Below are positions 1 to 14,080 of a stretch of 64,000 bases of DNA, in pieces (the first letter of the stretch is position 1; each line of letters starts with the position of its first letter). This DNA is from Chiloscyllium plagiosum (Eukaryota), in contig NC_057718.1 of the NCBI RefSeq assembly GCF_004010195.1, forward strand, positions 12,194,924-12,258,923, given 5' to 3'. Both the position numbers and the translations under genes were made by a program. The notes beneath the pieces are model-generated. The model saw only the letters and a program-made list of their open reading frames with translations, was not told the origin of the DNA and ran no database searches.

Positions 1-624
1 TGTCATACAGAACATCCATCGGTTGCTTGGCAATTGTGGATAAATGGAATTGCAGATGCTGGTACAATTAGATCTGAATATTTTGTATCAAACAATGCAC
101 AGGGAGGTAAATGTGGTTATCTGACAGACTTGGGAGTGCAAGGTTAGACTGCTATCCCTCGGTGCAGCAATGTCCCACTCTCTGGATCTGCTGCCAAAAC
201 GCTATGAGTTCCAAGAACACCAAAGCTTGGTAGTGAACACTGCCAGGACTGCAACAGTCCCAAGAAGAAAGCCGAATGGAACCCAGAACCTGGGCAAGAC
301 AGAACAGCATTAGGACAAAGGGTTTGGCCACCTTATGGAGGGGCACAACGGACTAGAAAGATGGGTTTTAAAGTCCATGCAAGGAGAAAGGATGAAGAGA
401 TACAAATTTCCAGGAGCTGTCGCAATGCACACAGGGCACCCTCTGAAGACTGCACCCACTCTCCTTTTCCATACTTCTTAAAATTTGGGCTACCAGCTCA
501 CCTGCCGATGCTAACAGTATTATGGTGGGGGCAGGGTAATATTGGGGTCAATTAAGTTTTTACACAAACTCAATACTTTCTTTTTTAAACCAGCATCTAT
601 TAGCAAATGAGTGAAAATACATAC

Positions 625-793
625 CTTGAATCCTTTTTCAGTAAACTATTTAATAAATATTCACAATGAGACATTCTGAGGATTGGAAGTTCAATGCATG
701 CACGTGGTCCATTTTCCAAATTATTACCATTAAGGTAGGATGAAGAATAGTGAAGATTCTTGCAATTCCTGAGGCTGTTAATACTCTCAACAT
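625..793 (-). CDS. WDR27: WDR27 coding exon (DVESINSLRN...IELPILRMSHCEYLLNSLLKKDSR); last WDR27 exon visible in the window
   Basis: ttatag acceptor and gtatgt donor; 169 bp, phase 1 to 2, compatible with the exon at 5739-5862; ELPILRMSHCE resembles the recalled human TFPVLRLAPCD. Confidence 0.85.
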
Positions 794-1320
794 CTATAAA
801 TTTAAATAAAATTAACAAAAGGGATAAAATGTGAATATGGAAATTAGAAATGAAAACTATTAATTCTAATGCTACAATAATGGTTGTGCAGTATAACACA
901 ACATAGAAATGTGAAAAACCTTTTTTTTAGCTAATTATTTAGCAGTGGAGCCTACTATATTTCCAGCTTTGGTCATGCATACGTTAATGTATCTCAAAGA
1001 GAGAATCTCTGCCCAGTAAAATGTACATGTTCATTCTCTGAATATATCTTAACCAGAAGGGACACTGTGGTATAATCGTAATGTCATTGGAATAGATTCT
1101 GAGGTTAATGCTCCAGTTAGTAGAATTTAAATTCAGTTAGTAAAAATCTGAAAATGAAAGCTAGTCTTGTGAAACAATTATTGAGTGTCATAAAAACTGA
1201 TCTGGTTCACAAATGGTAAGGAGATCTGCTTGCCTAGTCTGTGATTTCAAACCTGCAACAATGGTTCACTACTAACAGCATCTGAAATGCCCGAGCAAAC
1301 CAGTCACTTCAAGGGCAATT

Positions 1321-4300
1321 ATAAGACCATAAGACATAGGAGTGGAAGTAAAGCCATTCAGACCATCAAGTCCACTCCGCCATTCAACCATGGCTGATGG
1401 GCACTTCAACTCCACTTAGCCGCACTCTCCCTGTAGCCCTTAATTCCTTGTGAGATCAAGAATTTATCCATCTCTGCCTTGAAGACATTCAACGGCCCAG
1501 CCTCCAGTGCGTTCCGTGGCAATGAATTCCAAAGGCCCACCATTCTCTGGCTGAAGAAATGTCTCCTCATTTCCATTCTAAATTGACCCTCTCTAATTCT
1601 AAGGCCCAGAGGTCCTAGTCTCCCCGCCTAATGGAAACAACTTCCCAGCATCCACCCTTTCTAAGCCATGCATTATCTTGTAAGTTTCTATTAGATCTCC
1701 CCTTAACCTTCTAAACTCTAATGAATACAATCCCAGGATCCTTAGCCGATCATCGTATGTTAGGCCTACCATTCCAGGGATCATCCATGTGAATCTCCGC
1801 TGGATACGCTCCAGTGCCAGAATGTCCTCGCTGAGGTGACCGGGGGGGGGAACCAACACTGGACACTGTATTCTAAATGGGGCCTAACTAGAGCTTTATA
1901 AAGTCTCAGTAGTACATCACTACTTTTACATTACAACCTTCTTGAGATAATTAAAACATTACATTTGCTTTCTTAACCACGGACTCAACCTGCAATTCAA
2001 CCTTCAGAGAATTCTGGACTAGCACTCCCAGATCCCTTTGTACTTTGGCTTTATGAATTTTCTCACCGTTTACAAAATAGTCCAGGCCTATATTCTTTAT
2101 TCCAAAGTGCAAGACCATGTGTTTGCTCACGTTGAATTTCATCAGCCATTTCCTGGACCACTCTCCTAAACTGTCTAAATCTTTCTGCAGCCTCCTCACC
2201 TCCTCAGAACTACCTTCTTGTCCACCTAACTTCATATCATCGGCGAACTTCGCCAGAAGGCCCGAATGCCCCCAGTCCCTTCATCCAGATCATTAATATA
2301 CAAAGTGAATAGCTGAGGCCCCAACACAGAACCCTGCAGGGCACCAATTGTCACTAGAAGCTATTCCGAAAAATAACCTTTTATCCCAACTCTCTGCCTT
2401 CTGTCAGACAGCTAATCCTCAATCCATGCCAGTAGTTCACCTCGAACACCATCCACTGGGTTTCCCTGGTCTAACCTACTTGATACCTCTTCAAAGAATT
2501 CTAACAGGTTTGTCAGGCATGACCTCCCCTTACTAAATTCATGCTGACTTGTTCTAATCCAAGATGATTAGGGGTTTAGATAGGGTTGACCATGAGAACC
2601 TTTTTCCACATATGGAGTCAGCTATTACGAGGGGGCATAGCTTTAAATTAAGGGGTGGTAGATATAGGACAGATGTTAGGGGTAGATTCTTTACTCAACG
2701 AGTCGTGAGTTCATGGAATGCCTGCCAGTAGCAGTGGTGGACTCTCCCTCTTTATGGGCATTTAAACGGGCATTGGATAGGCATATGGAGGATAGTGGGC
2801 TAGTGTAGGTTAGGTGGGCTTGGATCGGCGCAACATCAAGGGCCAAAGGGCCTACTGCGCTGTATTTTTCTATGTTCTATGTTTAACCCTACACTTCCAA
2901 GAATTTAGAAATCTCATCCTTAATGATGCATTCTAGAATTTTACCTACAACAAGGTTCGGCTAATCGGCCTGTTAACTTTTCATTTTTTGTGTTGACACT
3001 TTCTCGAACAAGGGGGTTACAACAGCGATTTTCCAATCATCTGGGACTTTCCCTGCCTCCAATGATTTTTGAAAGATCACAACCAATGCCTCCGCTATTT
3101 CTTCAGCCACCTCCCTCAAAACTCCAGGATGTACACCATTGGGGCCAGGAGATTAATCAATTTTTAGATCTTTAAGCTTTTCTCGCACTTTCTCTTTTGT
3201 AATGGCTACCATACTCAACTCTGCCCCCTGACTCCCCTTAATTGTTGGGATATTACTCAAAGTACTTATTACGTTCTTCAGCTATTTCCTTATCTCCCAG
3301 CACTAGCCTTCCTGCATCAATTTGGAGGGGCCCAATCTTTATTTTTGCCTCTCGTTTATTTCTTATGTATTGAAAGAAACTTTTACTATAATTTCTAATA
3401 TTACTAGCTAGCCTACTTTCATATTTGATTCTCTCCTTTCCTAATTACTTTGTTATCCTCTGTTTGTTTTTGTAGACTTCCCAATTTTCTGATTTCCCAG
3501 TGCTCTTGGCCACTTCATAGGCTCTCTCTTTTTCTTTGATACATTTCCTGACATCGTTTGTCAGCCATGGCTATCTAATTCCCTCCACCCCCTGATAACC
3601 TTTCTTTTCTTTGGGATGAACCTCTGTACTGTGTCCTCAATTACACCCAGAAACTCCTGCCATTGTTTCTCTACTGTCTTACCGTTAGGCTCTGCTTCCA
3701 GTTGATTTTCGTCAGTTCCTCTCTCATGCCCATGTAATTACCTTTATTTAACTGTAACACCTTTACATTCAATTTTGCCTTCTTTCTTCCACACTGCAGA
3801 TTGAACTCTACCATATTATGATCGCTGCCTCCGAAGTGTCCCCTTACTTTTAAGATCTTTAATAAAGTCTGGCATATTACGGAGCACTAAGTCCAGAATA
3901 GCCTGCTCCCTTGGGGGCTCCATCACAAGCGGCTCCAAAAAGCGATCCTGTAAGCATTCCGTGAATTCCCTTTCTTTGGATCTACTAGCAACATTATTCA
4001 CCCAGTCCACCTGCACACTGAAGTCCCCCATGATCACCGTGACCTTGCCTTTCTGACATGCCCAATGTATTTTCTGGTTACTCTTGTGCCCCTGGTCTTG
4101 ACCACTGCTGGGAGGTCTGTACATAACTCCCATTCTGTTTTTTTTTGCCTTTGTGGTTCCTCAACTCCACCCACACTGACTCCACATCATCCGACCCGAT
4201 GTCATTCAGTGCCATAGATTTAATTTCATTCTTAACTAACAAGGCAACCCCGCCCCCTCTGTCCACCTTCCTGTCTTTTCGATAAGTTGTAAATCCTTGG

Positions 4301-5106
4301 ATGTTTCACTGCCAGTCCTGAACCCCTTGCAATCACGTCTCTGTGATGCCTACATCATAATCATTCACGATGATTTGTACCGTTAATTAATCTACCTAGT
4401 TACAAATACTCCGAGCATTCAGGTAAAACGCCTTAATGCTAATTTTCTTATCCTCATGATTTCCATCATCTCTAGTAATATGTCCTAAGTTATCCTTCCT
4501 TTCTGCTTCAGTCTTCCTTGAACTTAAACCCTGCACACATGCTAACCTGCTGCTTATCTTTCTACCTGACTCCATACTCCCTGTCGCTTTCCCTTTCCCT
4601 TCCCCCTGACTCACAAGTTTAAAGTCCTAGTGACCATCTATTTATCCTTTTCACCAGAACACTGGTTCCAGGTCGGTTCAGGTGGAGACCATCCCATCGG
4701 TACAGATTGCCCCAGTTCCAAAACTGATGCCAATGTCCCGTGAAATGGAATCCCTCTTTCCCACACTAATCTCTTAGCCATGTGTTTATTTCCCTAATTT
4801 TATTATCCCATGTCAATTAGCACATTGCTTGGGCAGTAATCCCGAGATTATGACCCTTGAGGACCTGTTCTTCAATTTCCTTCGAAGTGCTTGATACTCC
4901 CCAAACAGGTCCTCCTTCGTAGCCTTGCCTATGTTATTAGTGCAACATGGACCACAACAACTGAATCTTCTCCCTCCCGCTCCAGTATCCTTTCAAGCTG
5001 GTCGAAGATGTCCTTCGTCCTGGAACCGGGCAGGCAACACACCATGCTGGATTCCCGATCCAGCTCGCAAAGGATACGATCTGTCCTCCTAATTATAGAA
5101 TCCCTA
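1321..5106 (-). mobile_element. decayed CR1 LINE with esterase-type ORF1, endonuclease, internally deleted RT and 3' tail
   Basis: ORF1-like GDSIIRRTDRIL...VCCLPG near 5100-4900; FYLNARSICN, RGGGVALLVK and VIMGDF endonuclease motifs; C-terminal RRLRGDLIETYKIM; short-repeat tail at 1321. Confidence 0.9.
2563..2882 (+). mobile_element. CR1 3' fragment nested in the opposite orientation within the larger CR1
   Basis: TRGHSFKLRG...RFFTQRVVSSWNA-type C-terminus and (tatgttc)n tail. Confidence 0.85.
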
Positions 5107-5738
5107 TATTGGATGGGCTTGCCTAGTCAGCAACACATCTGTGGCAAGATTTTTAAAACATTTGTCATAACAACATTTACTTAATTATAAATAAAAACCA
5201 AAAGAACTGCTGATGCTGTAATCAGAAACAAAAACAGAAATTGCTGGAAAAGCTCAGCAGTTCTGTCAGCCTCTGTGGAGAGAAATCAGAGTTAGCATTT
5301 CAGGTTAAGTGACCTTTCCTCAGTTCTGAATTTAATCTGTCATCTATCAAACCATTTCCAACTATATCTAAATTATTCTGCAGGTCATTCCACTGAATCA
5401 TGGAGGCATTATCTTCATTGTCCTGTATCAGCTGCAAATTTAGTAACACCGAGCTCAAGATGATTTATAATGTTAGCCCTTGTGTTCAGGTTTCCACTAT
5501 TCAAGGACTGTGGAACTACAGCTTCGGTCACTATTTTACCATGGGCAGGTTGAGGAAGGAGGTCCCAAGTCTACCTCGTCTAAAAAGGGAAATCAAATCC
5601 CATATCTTTGATGTGTTTCGGAACCACATTCTATCCATCCAGCTAATTGGGTAACTATCCCTCCCCCAAATAAAGATATTAGACAAAATAACATGGCTGA
5701 ACTGAGTGAGATTAGAATAATCAAATCTAGTTAAATAC

Positions 5739-5862
5739 CTGCATTCTCTGATAATCTGACTTTCCGTTGGATCTTGCAGTAATACTTCTGCTGTTCTTTC
5801 ACTAAGTCAATGTGCAGCACACGACGACACTGTTGCCCATGTAACAAAGTGAAAACATCTAG
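5739..5862 (-). CDS. WDR27: WDR27 coding exon (LDVFTLLHGQQCRRVLHIDLVKEQQKYYCKIQRKVRLSENA)
   Basis: cttcttgcag acceptor, gtattt donor; 124 bp, phase 0 to 1; matches the recalled human [20 protein letters not shown]. Confidence 0.92.
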
Positions 5863-6129
5863 CTGCAAGAAGCAAATTAGAATTAATTAAGAAAATATAA
5901 ACTATGAACAGATGTAGCCAAAGTTTTTATGCTAATATGTATCTGTTTCTTAAGTTGCAAATAGAGGCTAACTTGAAAAACTACTGAGATTGCCATGCTT
6001 TAAGAAGCTTAATGGCAAAACCACTTGATTTTTCTCTTCCCATTCTATATAGTTAATTCAGTTCCTCCAGCAGCATTACAACAATGACAATACTTTAAAG
6101 GTATTTTGTTTATTTTAAACCTTTGTTCT

Positions 6130-6470
6130 GTACATCCATCATACCTGGGTTTGCTGACTTTTATTGGCTCCACTGAAGTAGTGCCTCAATTTTAAAATTC
6201 TTCCCCTTGTTTTCAAATTCCTGCATAGTCTCAGCCCCCTCCCTTACTCTGTAATCTCCTTCTTGTCCACAAACATTAAAATCTCTTCATTCTTCCAATC
6301 TTGGCCTCTACAGCAACTCCCATTTGTTATTATTCCACCACTGGTGGTTGGGCCTTAAGCTCCCTGAAGTCTTAAGCTCTGGAATTTCCTCCCTAAATCT
6401 CGGTTAGTTCTCTCTCCTTTAAGGGCATTCTTAAAAACCTACACACTTGACCAAGCTTTTGACATCTATG
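6130..6470 (+). mobile_element. old L2-like LINE 3' fragment
   Basis: decayed HITP-L--LHWLP...FKIL...LKTYLF-like nucleotide pattern. Confidence 0.5.
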
Positions 6471-7489
6471 CTAATAAAACCTAACATACTCAAAATCCCA
6501 TTTTATTATATAATGTCACTGTTAAGCATCTTGGGACATTTCAACATTGCACGTATTATGGGTTGTTGTAAATCATTAAGGGATGTCATGACATTGCGAA
6601 AGGCACCATATACATGCATATTATTCTTCTTTTGTATCACTGGAAGGAAATTTTAGCATAAATATAAGCCAGTATTGAAAACAGCAATTCCCCAACACAG
6701 GCACTTTCCAGCTGATGTGCACAACTAAACGTTGTGCCGAATCATGTTCTTTCCTACAAAATTACTAAATGATTAATCATTTGATGCATGAATGACTTCA
6801 GCCAAGGACCTCACAATATAATGTGTTAAACAAAAATGTCAATCTTTACCCATATTCTTGGGTTCTTTCACTGTAAGTGAAAACATTGTATGCTGTTGAA
6901 AGGAATCATGCTGGTAGTTGGAAGTGATGGGCAAATTCAAAATAAGGTCGTACGGGCTTTGATGAAGACAGAGTAGCAAGTCTTTTTGATTTATTTCTAG
7001 AAAATAAATATGACTGATTGGTTTGGCTTAAATACTTGCTTTTCAATCCATGTGTTTTATTTTAAATCAACTTCTGCTTATTTATATTCACCATCTACTT
7101 TGTTAGCTGTTTTTAAGAATGGAGGTGAGCATAAATGAAAGGCATGCAGTACTACTTAGCAAAAATTAAACAATTCCATGATGTCAATTTTCATATTATC
7201 TGTTCCACTGTGATATGTTACAATTTTATGAAAATGAAACTTCAGCTGAATTAAGTCACAAGAACAATACATATGTTACATAAGGTGCGATTGCCTGAAT
7301 GGAAATATAACAGCACAAGTAGACATTGGTTAGACATAAAAAGGCAGATAAATAGAAGTAAATTGCAGGTTACACTGAAGATCGAAAACAAATTTGATAC
7401 AGCTCTAGACTTATACAAAGAACATCTGGCATGGCAAGAAACTATATTAGCACTTCTCCAAACGAAATTCTGAAAAATATTCCTCCTAC

Positions 7490-7560
7490 CTGTCCATTAG
7501 CAGAGCCAGTAATAAACTGATTAACTCTGTTGTCCATGCACAAGCTTAATAGAGGGGAGC
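7490..7560 (-). CDS. WDR27: WDR27 coding exon (GSPLLSLCMDNRVNQFITGSANGQ)
   Basis: atctag acceptor, gtagga donor; 71 bp, phase 1 to 0; matches the recalled human [24 protein letters not shown]. Confidence 0.93.
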
Positions 7561-7664
7561 CTAGATATAAATGAAATACTTCAGGCTTATATCAGGAGGT
7601 ATATCATCAAACATACAGTTTAGAAATAGTTGCACGTTAAATGATCCACACATCTTTAGATTTT

Positions 7665-7985
7665 AGATTACATTTAGATTACATTACAGTGTGGAAACAG
7701 GCCCTTCGGCCCAACAAGTCCACACCGACCCGCCGAAGCGTAACCCACCCATACCCCTACATTTATCCCTTACCTAACACTACGGGCAATTTAGCATGGC
7801 CAATTCACCTGACCTGCACATCTTTTGGACTGTGGAAGGAAACCGGAGCACCCGGAGGAAACCCACGCAGACACGGGGAGAACGTGCAAACTCCACACAG
7901 TCAGTCGCCTGAGGCGGGAATTGAACCCGGGTCTCTGGCGCTGTGGGGCAGCAATGCTAACCACTGTGCCACCGTGCCGCCCGCC
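7665..7985 (-). mobile_element. tRNA-derived V-SINE (HE1-like) with a CR1-derived tail
   Basis: minus strand has A box TGGCACAGTGG, B box GGTTCAATTCC and the V-domain GTGGAGTTTGCACGTTCTCCCCGTGTCTGCGTGGGTTTCC. Confidence 0.9.
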
Positions 7986-7992
7986 GCCCACA

Positions 7993-8362
7993 TCTGGGGT
8001 GACCTTATAGAAGTTTATAAAATTATCAGAGGCATAGATAGGGTGAATAGATAAGGTCTTTCCCCTGGCATGGGAGAGTCCAAAGCTAGAGGGCCAAGGT
8101 TTAAGGTAACAGGGGAAAGATTTAAAAGGGACGTAAGGAACAGAGGGTGGTGTGCGTAAGCATGAGCTATCAGAGGAAGTAGTGGATGTTGGTACAATTA
8201 TAACATTTAAAAGGCATCTGGATAGGTACATGAATAGGAACGGTTTAGAGGGATATGAGACAAATGCTGGCAAACGGGACTAGATTAATTTAGGATATCT
8301 GGTCAGCATGGACAAGTTGGATCAAAGAGTCTGTTTCTGTGCTATACAACTCCATGATTCTA
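7993..8362 (+). mobile_element. CR1 3' fragment
   Basis: GDLIEVYKIIRGIDRV and a 3' UTR ending in the ctccatgattcta tail. Confidence 0.85.
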
Positions 8363-8404
8363 TCTTTGCTGATGAAAAATTTAATAAGACTGATGAATAC
8401 TTAC

Positions 8405-8456
8405 CTGATAAAACTGGTGACTGATAGAGTAACATATTCCTGGTGAGATCCCAAAC
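8405..8456 (-). CDS. WDR27: WDR27 coding exon (VWDLTRNMLLYQSPVLS)
   Basis: AG acceptor, gtaagt donor; 52 bp, phase 0 to 1; WD dipeptide; matches the recalled human VWDHCTGSLIYSSSVLS. Confidence 0.93.
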
Positions 8457-10636
8457 CTTACATAAAAAACAGAAATGTCATTGCGACAAAATAATGTTTG
8501 TTACGCTGCACATCAATATGTTGCCAAATATAAATTTCTGTACCAAGGAGGCATTTTCTAAAGGATATGTGCCTTAAAGTTCAACTTCAAAAAGCTTTAA
8601 ATTTTTCACTAATACTCATGATTCAGTAATGCACTAAACCTGGTGTAATTCCTGCAAGGCAATAGATGGTATATCAAAAGAGAGGTGCCCAAGGACCAAA
8701 CTATTTTGTCCTCCTGTGCTTGTAGTCCATCTTAAGCACAGATAAAATTGGCATGTTCCGACCAGATCGTAGAGCTGATCTCTCATTAGACACTGTTAGC
8801 CCACACTGTTGGCATCATTCTGCATTGCAAAACAGCCATCCAGCCAATTGAGCTAACCAACTCCCTGCTTTAGGCACACTTCAGGTACCAATCAAGCACC
8901 AAATCAATGTTTACCTGTCAGAGCACAATAATTTTGGTCAATGCCAAGCTAGATTGGTCAGCAAGGTGGTTGGGGGGTGTCTGGCAACTGTCTACAGTTC
9001 AGTTTTGCAATCTTGCTATTCTACAATAATGAATGACAGATCTAAGCTCTGCCAAATTTATGAGAGAAAGGATTCTCTCGCTCTGAATGCAGTTAAAAGT
9101 CCTTTAAACACTACTGACAGAATTGGTCTTCCTAAAACTCAATTTCAGTAAAATTAGTGCCCTTTACCATACATTACCAGGCTGAGTGAAACTGGCTGCA
9201 TGCCTAATTATAAGTGGTTTTACAATATGGATCTGCACCAACTATAAACTGGTGAGTGAATCCCCAAACTAATTCTAATTAGCTTTTACAACTTTTCCAA
9301 ATAGCAGGATGAAAGGCAAACAGTGCTAGGGAACTTAAGCAGCTCATGGTGACATTTCAAGCCAATGTGTACTTAAGGTACTTTTCTAGTAACTGGCAAT
9401 ATTATGGCACCTAGATATGCATTCTTCAACTGTGGCAAGCTTGCATGAGTTGGTGCTGCTCTGGCTGCATCAGGATCCATGACATGAACAAAGCAACCTT
9501 GAAAAAAGCCAGGATTTGAACTGGTGCTTCAGCATTGCTCACTAAATTGATTATGTGTGCCATTGACAACTGTTCACAGAATTGGTTTCATAAATTGGCT
9601 GATCAAAACTGAAGTAGCCAGATTTATAATCAGTAAGGGAATCAAGGATTAACCAAAAATGGCAGGAAAGTGGTGTTGATGATTATCGGATCAGCCATGA
9701 TTTCATTGAATGGCAGAACAGAATACTAAATGGCCTACTTCTGCTCCTCTATCTATGGTCTTAAGAAGTTGTGGCTAACACTCTCCTTCTAAGATTAAAA
9801 AACCATGAGATAATGCTGAATCTGCACATGACAATGATAATTGGAAGTATACTATGTGCTCCTGAATTTCCTAATATACAAAGAATATTGGAGCCAAGTA
9901 AAGGTTTCAACAGGAATGATCTCTGGAAGGGCTAAAAAAAGGAGTGTATTGTGAAAATTAAGCGGGGAGGTGTGGAAATCTAATATAGTAGCAGTTATCA
10001 AGTTAACACAATGGTTTGAAAACATAGTAATAAATTGGCATCCGGGGGAAGAGGTTGTACCGTCAGCAGGATGTACTTTAATCGTGCAATTTCTCTACAC
10101 TCAAGACAAATTCAGCCTCCGTTCTCACTAGAAGGGAACTGCAATAAACTGTAGGTGCTAAAGGGCTGTCATGAGGCAGTTTGCTGGGTTACAGCCCAGT
10201 CAAATTTGAATGGCTGTGGCATTGAATCAGTCTGCAGGCAGGGGAGGCTAGAAGTCAGGTTTCCGTCAATCCTTTTACTTTTACTCTTGCCTGCTCCTTC
10301 AGGTTTCATGATTCTATAGGTTTTACAGAATTATAAGCACATACAGCAGAAACATGCCTGTGACAGGTTTCTGAATGAGTTACCCGATTAATTGCCCTCC
10401 CTTGCTCCTGCTCCATAACTCTGCAAATGCCTCCTTTTTAATGTAGCAGCCTCCTGGCTGTTAAAACACACAGACTACTAATTTGGCCAAACAAGCAAGA
10501 AATGTTGGGTACATTGGCCAAGTAAAACTCTGAAGTCACAAAACCACATACCAGACACATCACAAAAAACAGCAATGAAAGTAGCATAATGAAAAAGGCA
10601 ATAGTTATCCCCAACAATTTATCTTACTAAACAAAG

Positions 10637-10952
10637 AAGAAAGTTAAAAATCACAAAACACCAGGTTATAGTCCAACAGGTTAATTTGGAAGCACTAGCT
10701 TTCGGAATGCAACACTTTCTTCAGATAGTTATGGAGTAGGACCATAAGACACAGAGCTTATAGCAAAAGATTACAGTGTAATATAAGTAAAATGATATAT
10801 TTAACAAACCTCGAACCTCCACAACCACCTGATGAAGGAGCAGCACTCCGAAAGCTAGTGCCTCCAGCTAAGCCTGTTGGACTATAATGTGGTGTTGTGT
10901 GATTTTTACCTTTGTCCACCCCAGTCCAACACTGGCTCCTCCACATCATGGC
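10637..10952. mobile_element. Penelope-like pLTR inverted-repeat insertion (family A)
   Basis: inverted arms; 8-bp direct repeat AAACAAAG on both sides; hammerhead motif at 10826-10860. Confidence 0.75.
10826..10860 (+). ncRNA. minimal hammerhead ribozyme motif, family A
   Basis: CAC-CUGAUGA-a-GGAG(cagca)CUCC-GAAA-GC-UA-GUG; stem I CAC/GUG. Confidence 0.65.
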
Positions 10953-11199
10953 AAACAAAGCAGGGCCCAGACAGAAAGGCACTAGGTCCTGCTACACAAA
11001 GAAACAAACAGTAGCAGCCATCCAAATAAGTGACGCTGTTTCAAACTTTTAAGTGAGTCTCCCTGATTGGCAAGAACTATTGGAAGTTTCAGACAACCAT
11101 CTAAAAAGAGTGCACCTGCAGACCGCATTCTTTCATCATCTGGAAAACTTCTAGGGAGATCAGTATGGCAAAAGGCAGAAACTTGCTGACCATCCAGAA

Positions 11200-11285
11200 A
11201 AATAGAGAGAGGAAAGAGAAAGCAGCTTCACAGTCCCAAAGACTAGAGAGAAGGAGAGAGAGAGAGGAGAGAGGGAGAGAGAGGA
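11200..11285 (+). repeat. GA-rich degenerate microsatellite
   Basis: (GA)n/(GGA)n runs. Confidence 0.7.
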
Positions 11286-12007
11286 AAACTGCATAAATCT
11301 ACAGGAGACCCAGGAATTATCGTCGGCTTAAGGGACCAAATAAAGTTATTGTAACTTGTTTCCTAATAAAGTTGGGACTGTTTATCAATGGTATCGGCTT
11401 GTGTCTGAAGTGATTTGACCACTTCAGTATTATAGGGATCTGAGCAAATTCATTCATAGCATTCTGGTTGGAGTTGTGTAATTTGTTTTGAGGAGGAATT
11501 ATAAAACATTAAACACATACACAATTTCTATTGAAGATTACAATTGAACCTGTTTTCACCATCCTTTTCAGGCAGTGCATTTTAGGTCAGGCCAACTCTT
11601 GTGCAGAAAAGAATACAATTTCCTTCATTTTCTGTTGCCAGTTGGAACAGTTTTTCTCTACTCTATCAAAACCACTTGGAGGAAGAATTTATTGACTGGC
11701 CTACAATGGTCTCTTCAGGGACCAGGGGTTAGGTTACTTCAGATTTTGGTACAATATTTGGCACAATGTACTTTTTATTGTGCATCAGAGTCCTACAAGC
11801 AGCCTGCCCATTTACAAGTCTGCCTGTTTACAGCATTAGACAAGCTTTGATTATCAATAGGGCAGCTGAGGAGAACACTGCCCTTCCACTAAGCAGTTTT
11901 AGAGTCCTGGCCATCAGCTTTTCAGAACGATGCATGTGAATTGAATTTCTCCCCCATTGACTCAGTGCAAAGGAATGGTACATAGATGCTTTCTCATTCA
12001 CAGTGTA

Positions 12008-12588
12008 CAGGTAGTTTTGGTATGATGCGCGTTTTGGCAGCACAATTTGGCTAGAGCATCGCAGAAGAATTAGGGAATGGTATTTTTTGAGAACGCTTAC
12101 CTCTGTTCGCAATAGCACAATTCCAATGGTTTGTGCATTTCATTTCGCGCCAGGATCTCCACAACATTCTGCGCATGCGCTACATTGGTGCCAGTTTTCA
12201 TGCTGTTCTGTACATGCATCAATGTCCATGCCAAAGTCTCCGCACTGTTCTGCGCGTGCGCGATGTCAGCGCCAGTCTTCGTGCCATTCTGTGCATGCAC
12301 CTTCAGCTACCGACAGGGCAGCTTTCTATGAAAGGTACTGTACCGAGTCGAGCTTTTTTACATTTTTTACATGTACTGTGTTAAATTTAATTTTATTTCA
12401 TTAATAAATATGATTTCAACCTTCATTCAGGCTGTGCCATACTTTACATCAGACTTTTGGGTGATTTTTGAGCGATCGTGAGTGTATTTTTGGCCGGTTT
12501 GCCCCTAACCCCACTTTTCCCATCGACCCCATTATTTCTATTAAGCAATTTTCTGTTAAGGGACGTTTCACTGGAACGCAACTACCCG
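12008..12588. mobile_element. Tc1/mariner (Tigger-like) MITE with internal ~40-bp degenerate tandem repeats
   Basis: TA|CAGGTAGTT ... AACTACCCG|TA termini; about four copies of a TTCTGYGCATGC-type unit at 12165-12300. Confidence 0.65.
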
Positions 12589-12645
12589 TACTTCAAATTA
12601 TGAGTGCCCTACTAGAAGTGGTCGTTGAAGAGAAATTGCAGCATA

Positions 12646-14080
12646 CTCTATCCACTCCACCCAAGAATTCCTGAAGACCATCAAAGACACTAAGATAGAA
12701 GAGGATGAAATAATAGTCTTCTTTGATGTAACAGCCCTGTTTACATCAATCAACATTAACGTGGCCAAGGAAATACTGACTACACTGTTAGAAGACCCAA
12801 AGACACATACACCAAACACCACTAACTTCATTAACAAGGACAGTATCATCAAGCTAGTGGACCTATGCCTTACCACACACTTCACGTTCAACAACAAAAC
12901 CTACAGAAAAACCAACACCCATGGGATCTCCGATATCAGGGTTCTTAGCAGAGACAGTAATGCAGAGACTTAAACAAACAACTCTGCCAACCATCCAACC
13001 CAAACTTTGGGTCCGCTACGTGGATGACACCTTTGTCATCACTAAGTGAAACAAATTAGAGGAAACATTCAAGACCATCAACAATACCCTTACTGGCATA
13101 AAATTCATTAAAGAGGAGGAAAACAACAACAAACTGCCATTCCTAGATGTCACAGTAGAGCGAACAGCTAATGGGGAACTTCAAACCAGCATCTACAGGA
13201 AAACAACACATACGGACCAAATATTGTACTACAGACGCAATCATCCCAACACCCACAAACGAAGCTGCATCAGAACATTATTTCAATGAGCCAACACACA
13301 CTGCAGCATAGAGGAATTACGCAGAGCAGAGGAAAATCACCTATGAACACAGGCCGCCGATTTCTCAGCAACAAACCCAAACAAGCAGACAAAACACGTC
13401 CAGAAACCCTAACCACTCTCCCCTACATCAAAAACACCTTGGAAATGACTGCCAGACTACTCAGACCCCTTGGCATCATGGTAGCCCACAAAACGAACCA
13501 ACACACTGAAACAGCAGCTAATGAACTTGAAAGATCCTATACAGACAATGAACAAAACTAATGTCATTTACAAAATACCATGCAAGGGCTGTAACAAACA
13601 CTATATTGGACAAACAGGCAGAAAACCAGCCACCAGGATACATGAACACCATCTAGCCACAAAAAGACATGACCGTCTCTCACTAGTATCCTCACATACA
13701 CCACTTCGACTGGGACAACACATCCATCCTAGGACAAGCCAAACAAAGACATGCATGAGAATAAAGACATGCATGAGAATTCCTAGAAGCATGGCATTCC
13801 AACCGGAACTCTATTAACAAACACATCAAATTAGAAGCCATCTACCACCCCCTGAGAAAATGAACCGGAAGTGACTTCCCCACAGGAAATTTCATCACCA
13901 ACCCAAAGAAACCCAAACATATAAATAGAAAGCAGGAAATTTCAGCAGTGCTTTGCCTGAGGCCCTCTGAAGATGTTATCTAGTAGAGTGACGAAACGTC
14001 TGGAAATGAATCTTCCAGCTCAGCGAGCAAACCTACATGCAAAACCTCAACCTGAGCTACAAATCTTCTCAAAACTCGCT
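12646..14080 (+). mobile_element. 5'-truncated Penelope/Poseidon-type retroelement (RT, GIY-YIG endonuclease, pLTR), inactivated
   Basis: FDVTALFTSI, WVRYVDDTF, LPFLDV and NVIYKIPCKGCNKHYIGQTGRK motifs with stops and frameshifts; 12-bp TSD AATTGCAGCATA at 12634-12645 and 14081-14092. Confidence 0.93.
13964..14003 (+). ncRNA. minimal hammerhead ribozyme motif, family D
   Basis: CUGAAGA-u-GUUAUCU(agu)AGAGUGAC-GAAA-CG-UC-UGG; first stem I pair mismatched. Confidence 0.55.

Noticed and set aside
7900..7985. tRNA gene
   Set aside because: The A and B boxes belong to the SINE head; no full cloverleaf or terminator
10442..11460. Possible solo LTR around the GA tract
   Set aside because: AATAAA is present but I could not define matching termini or a TSD
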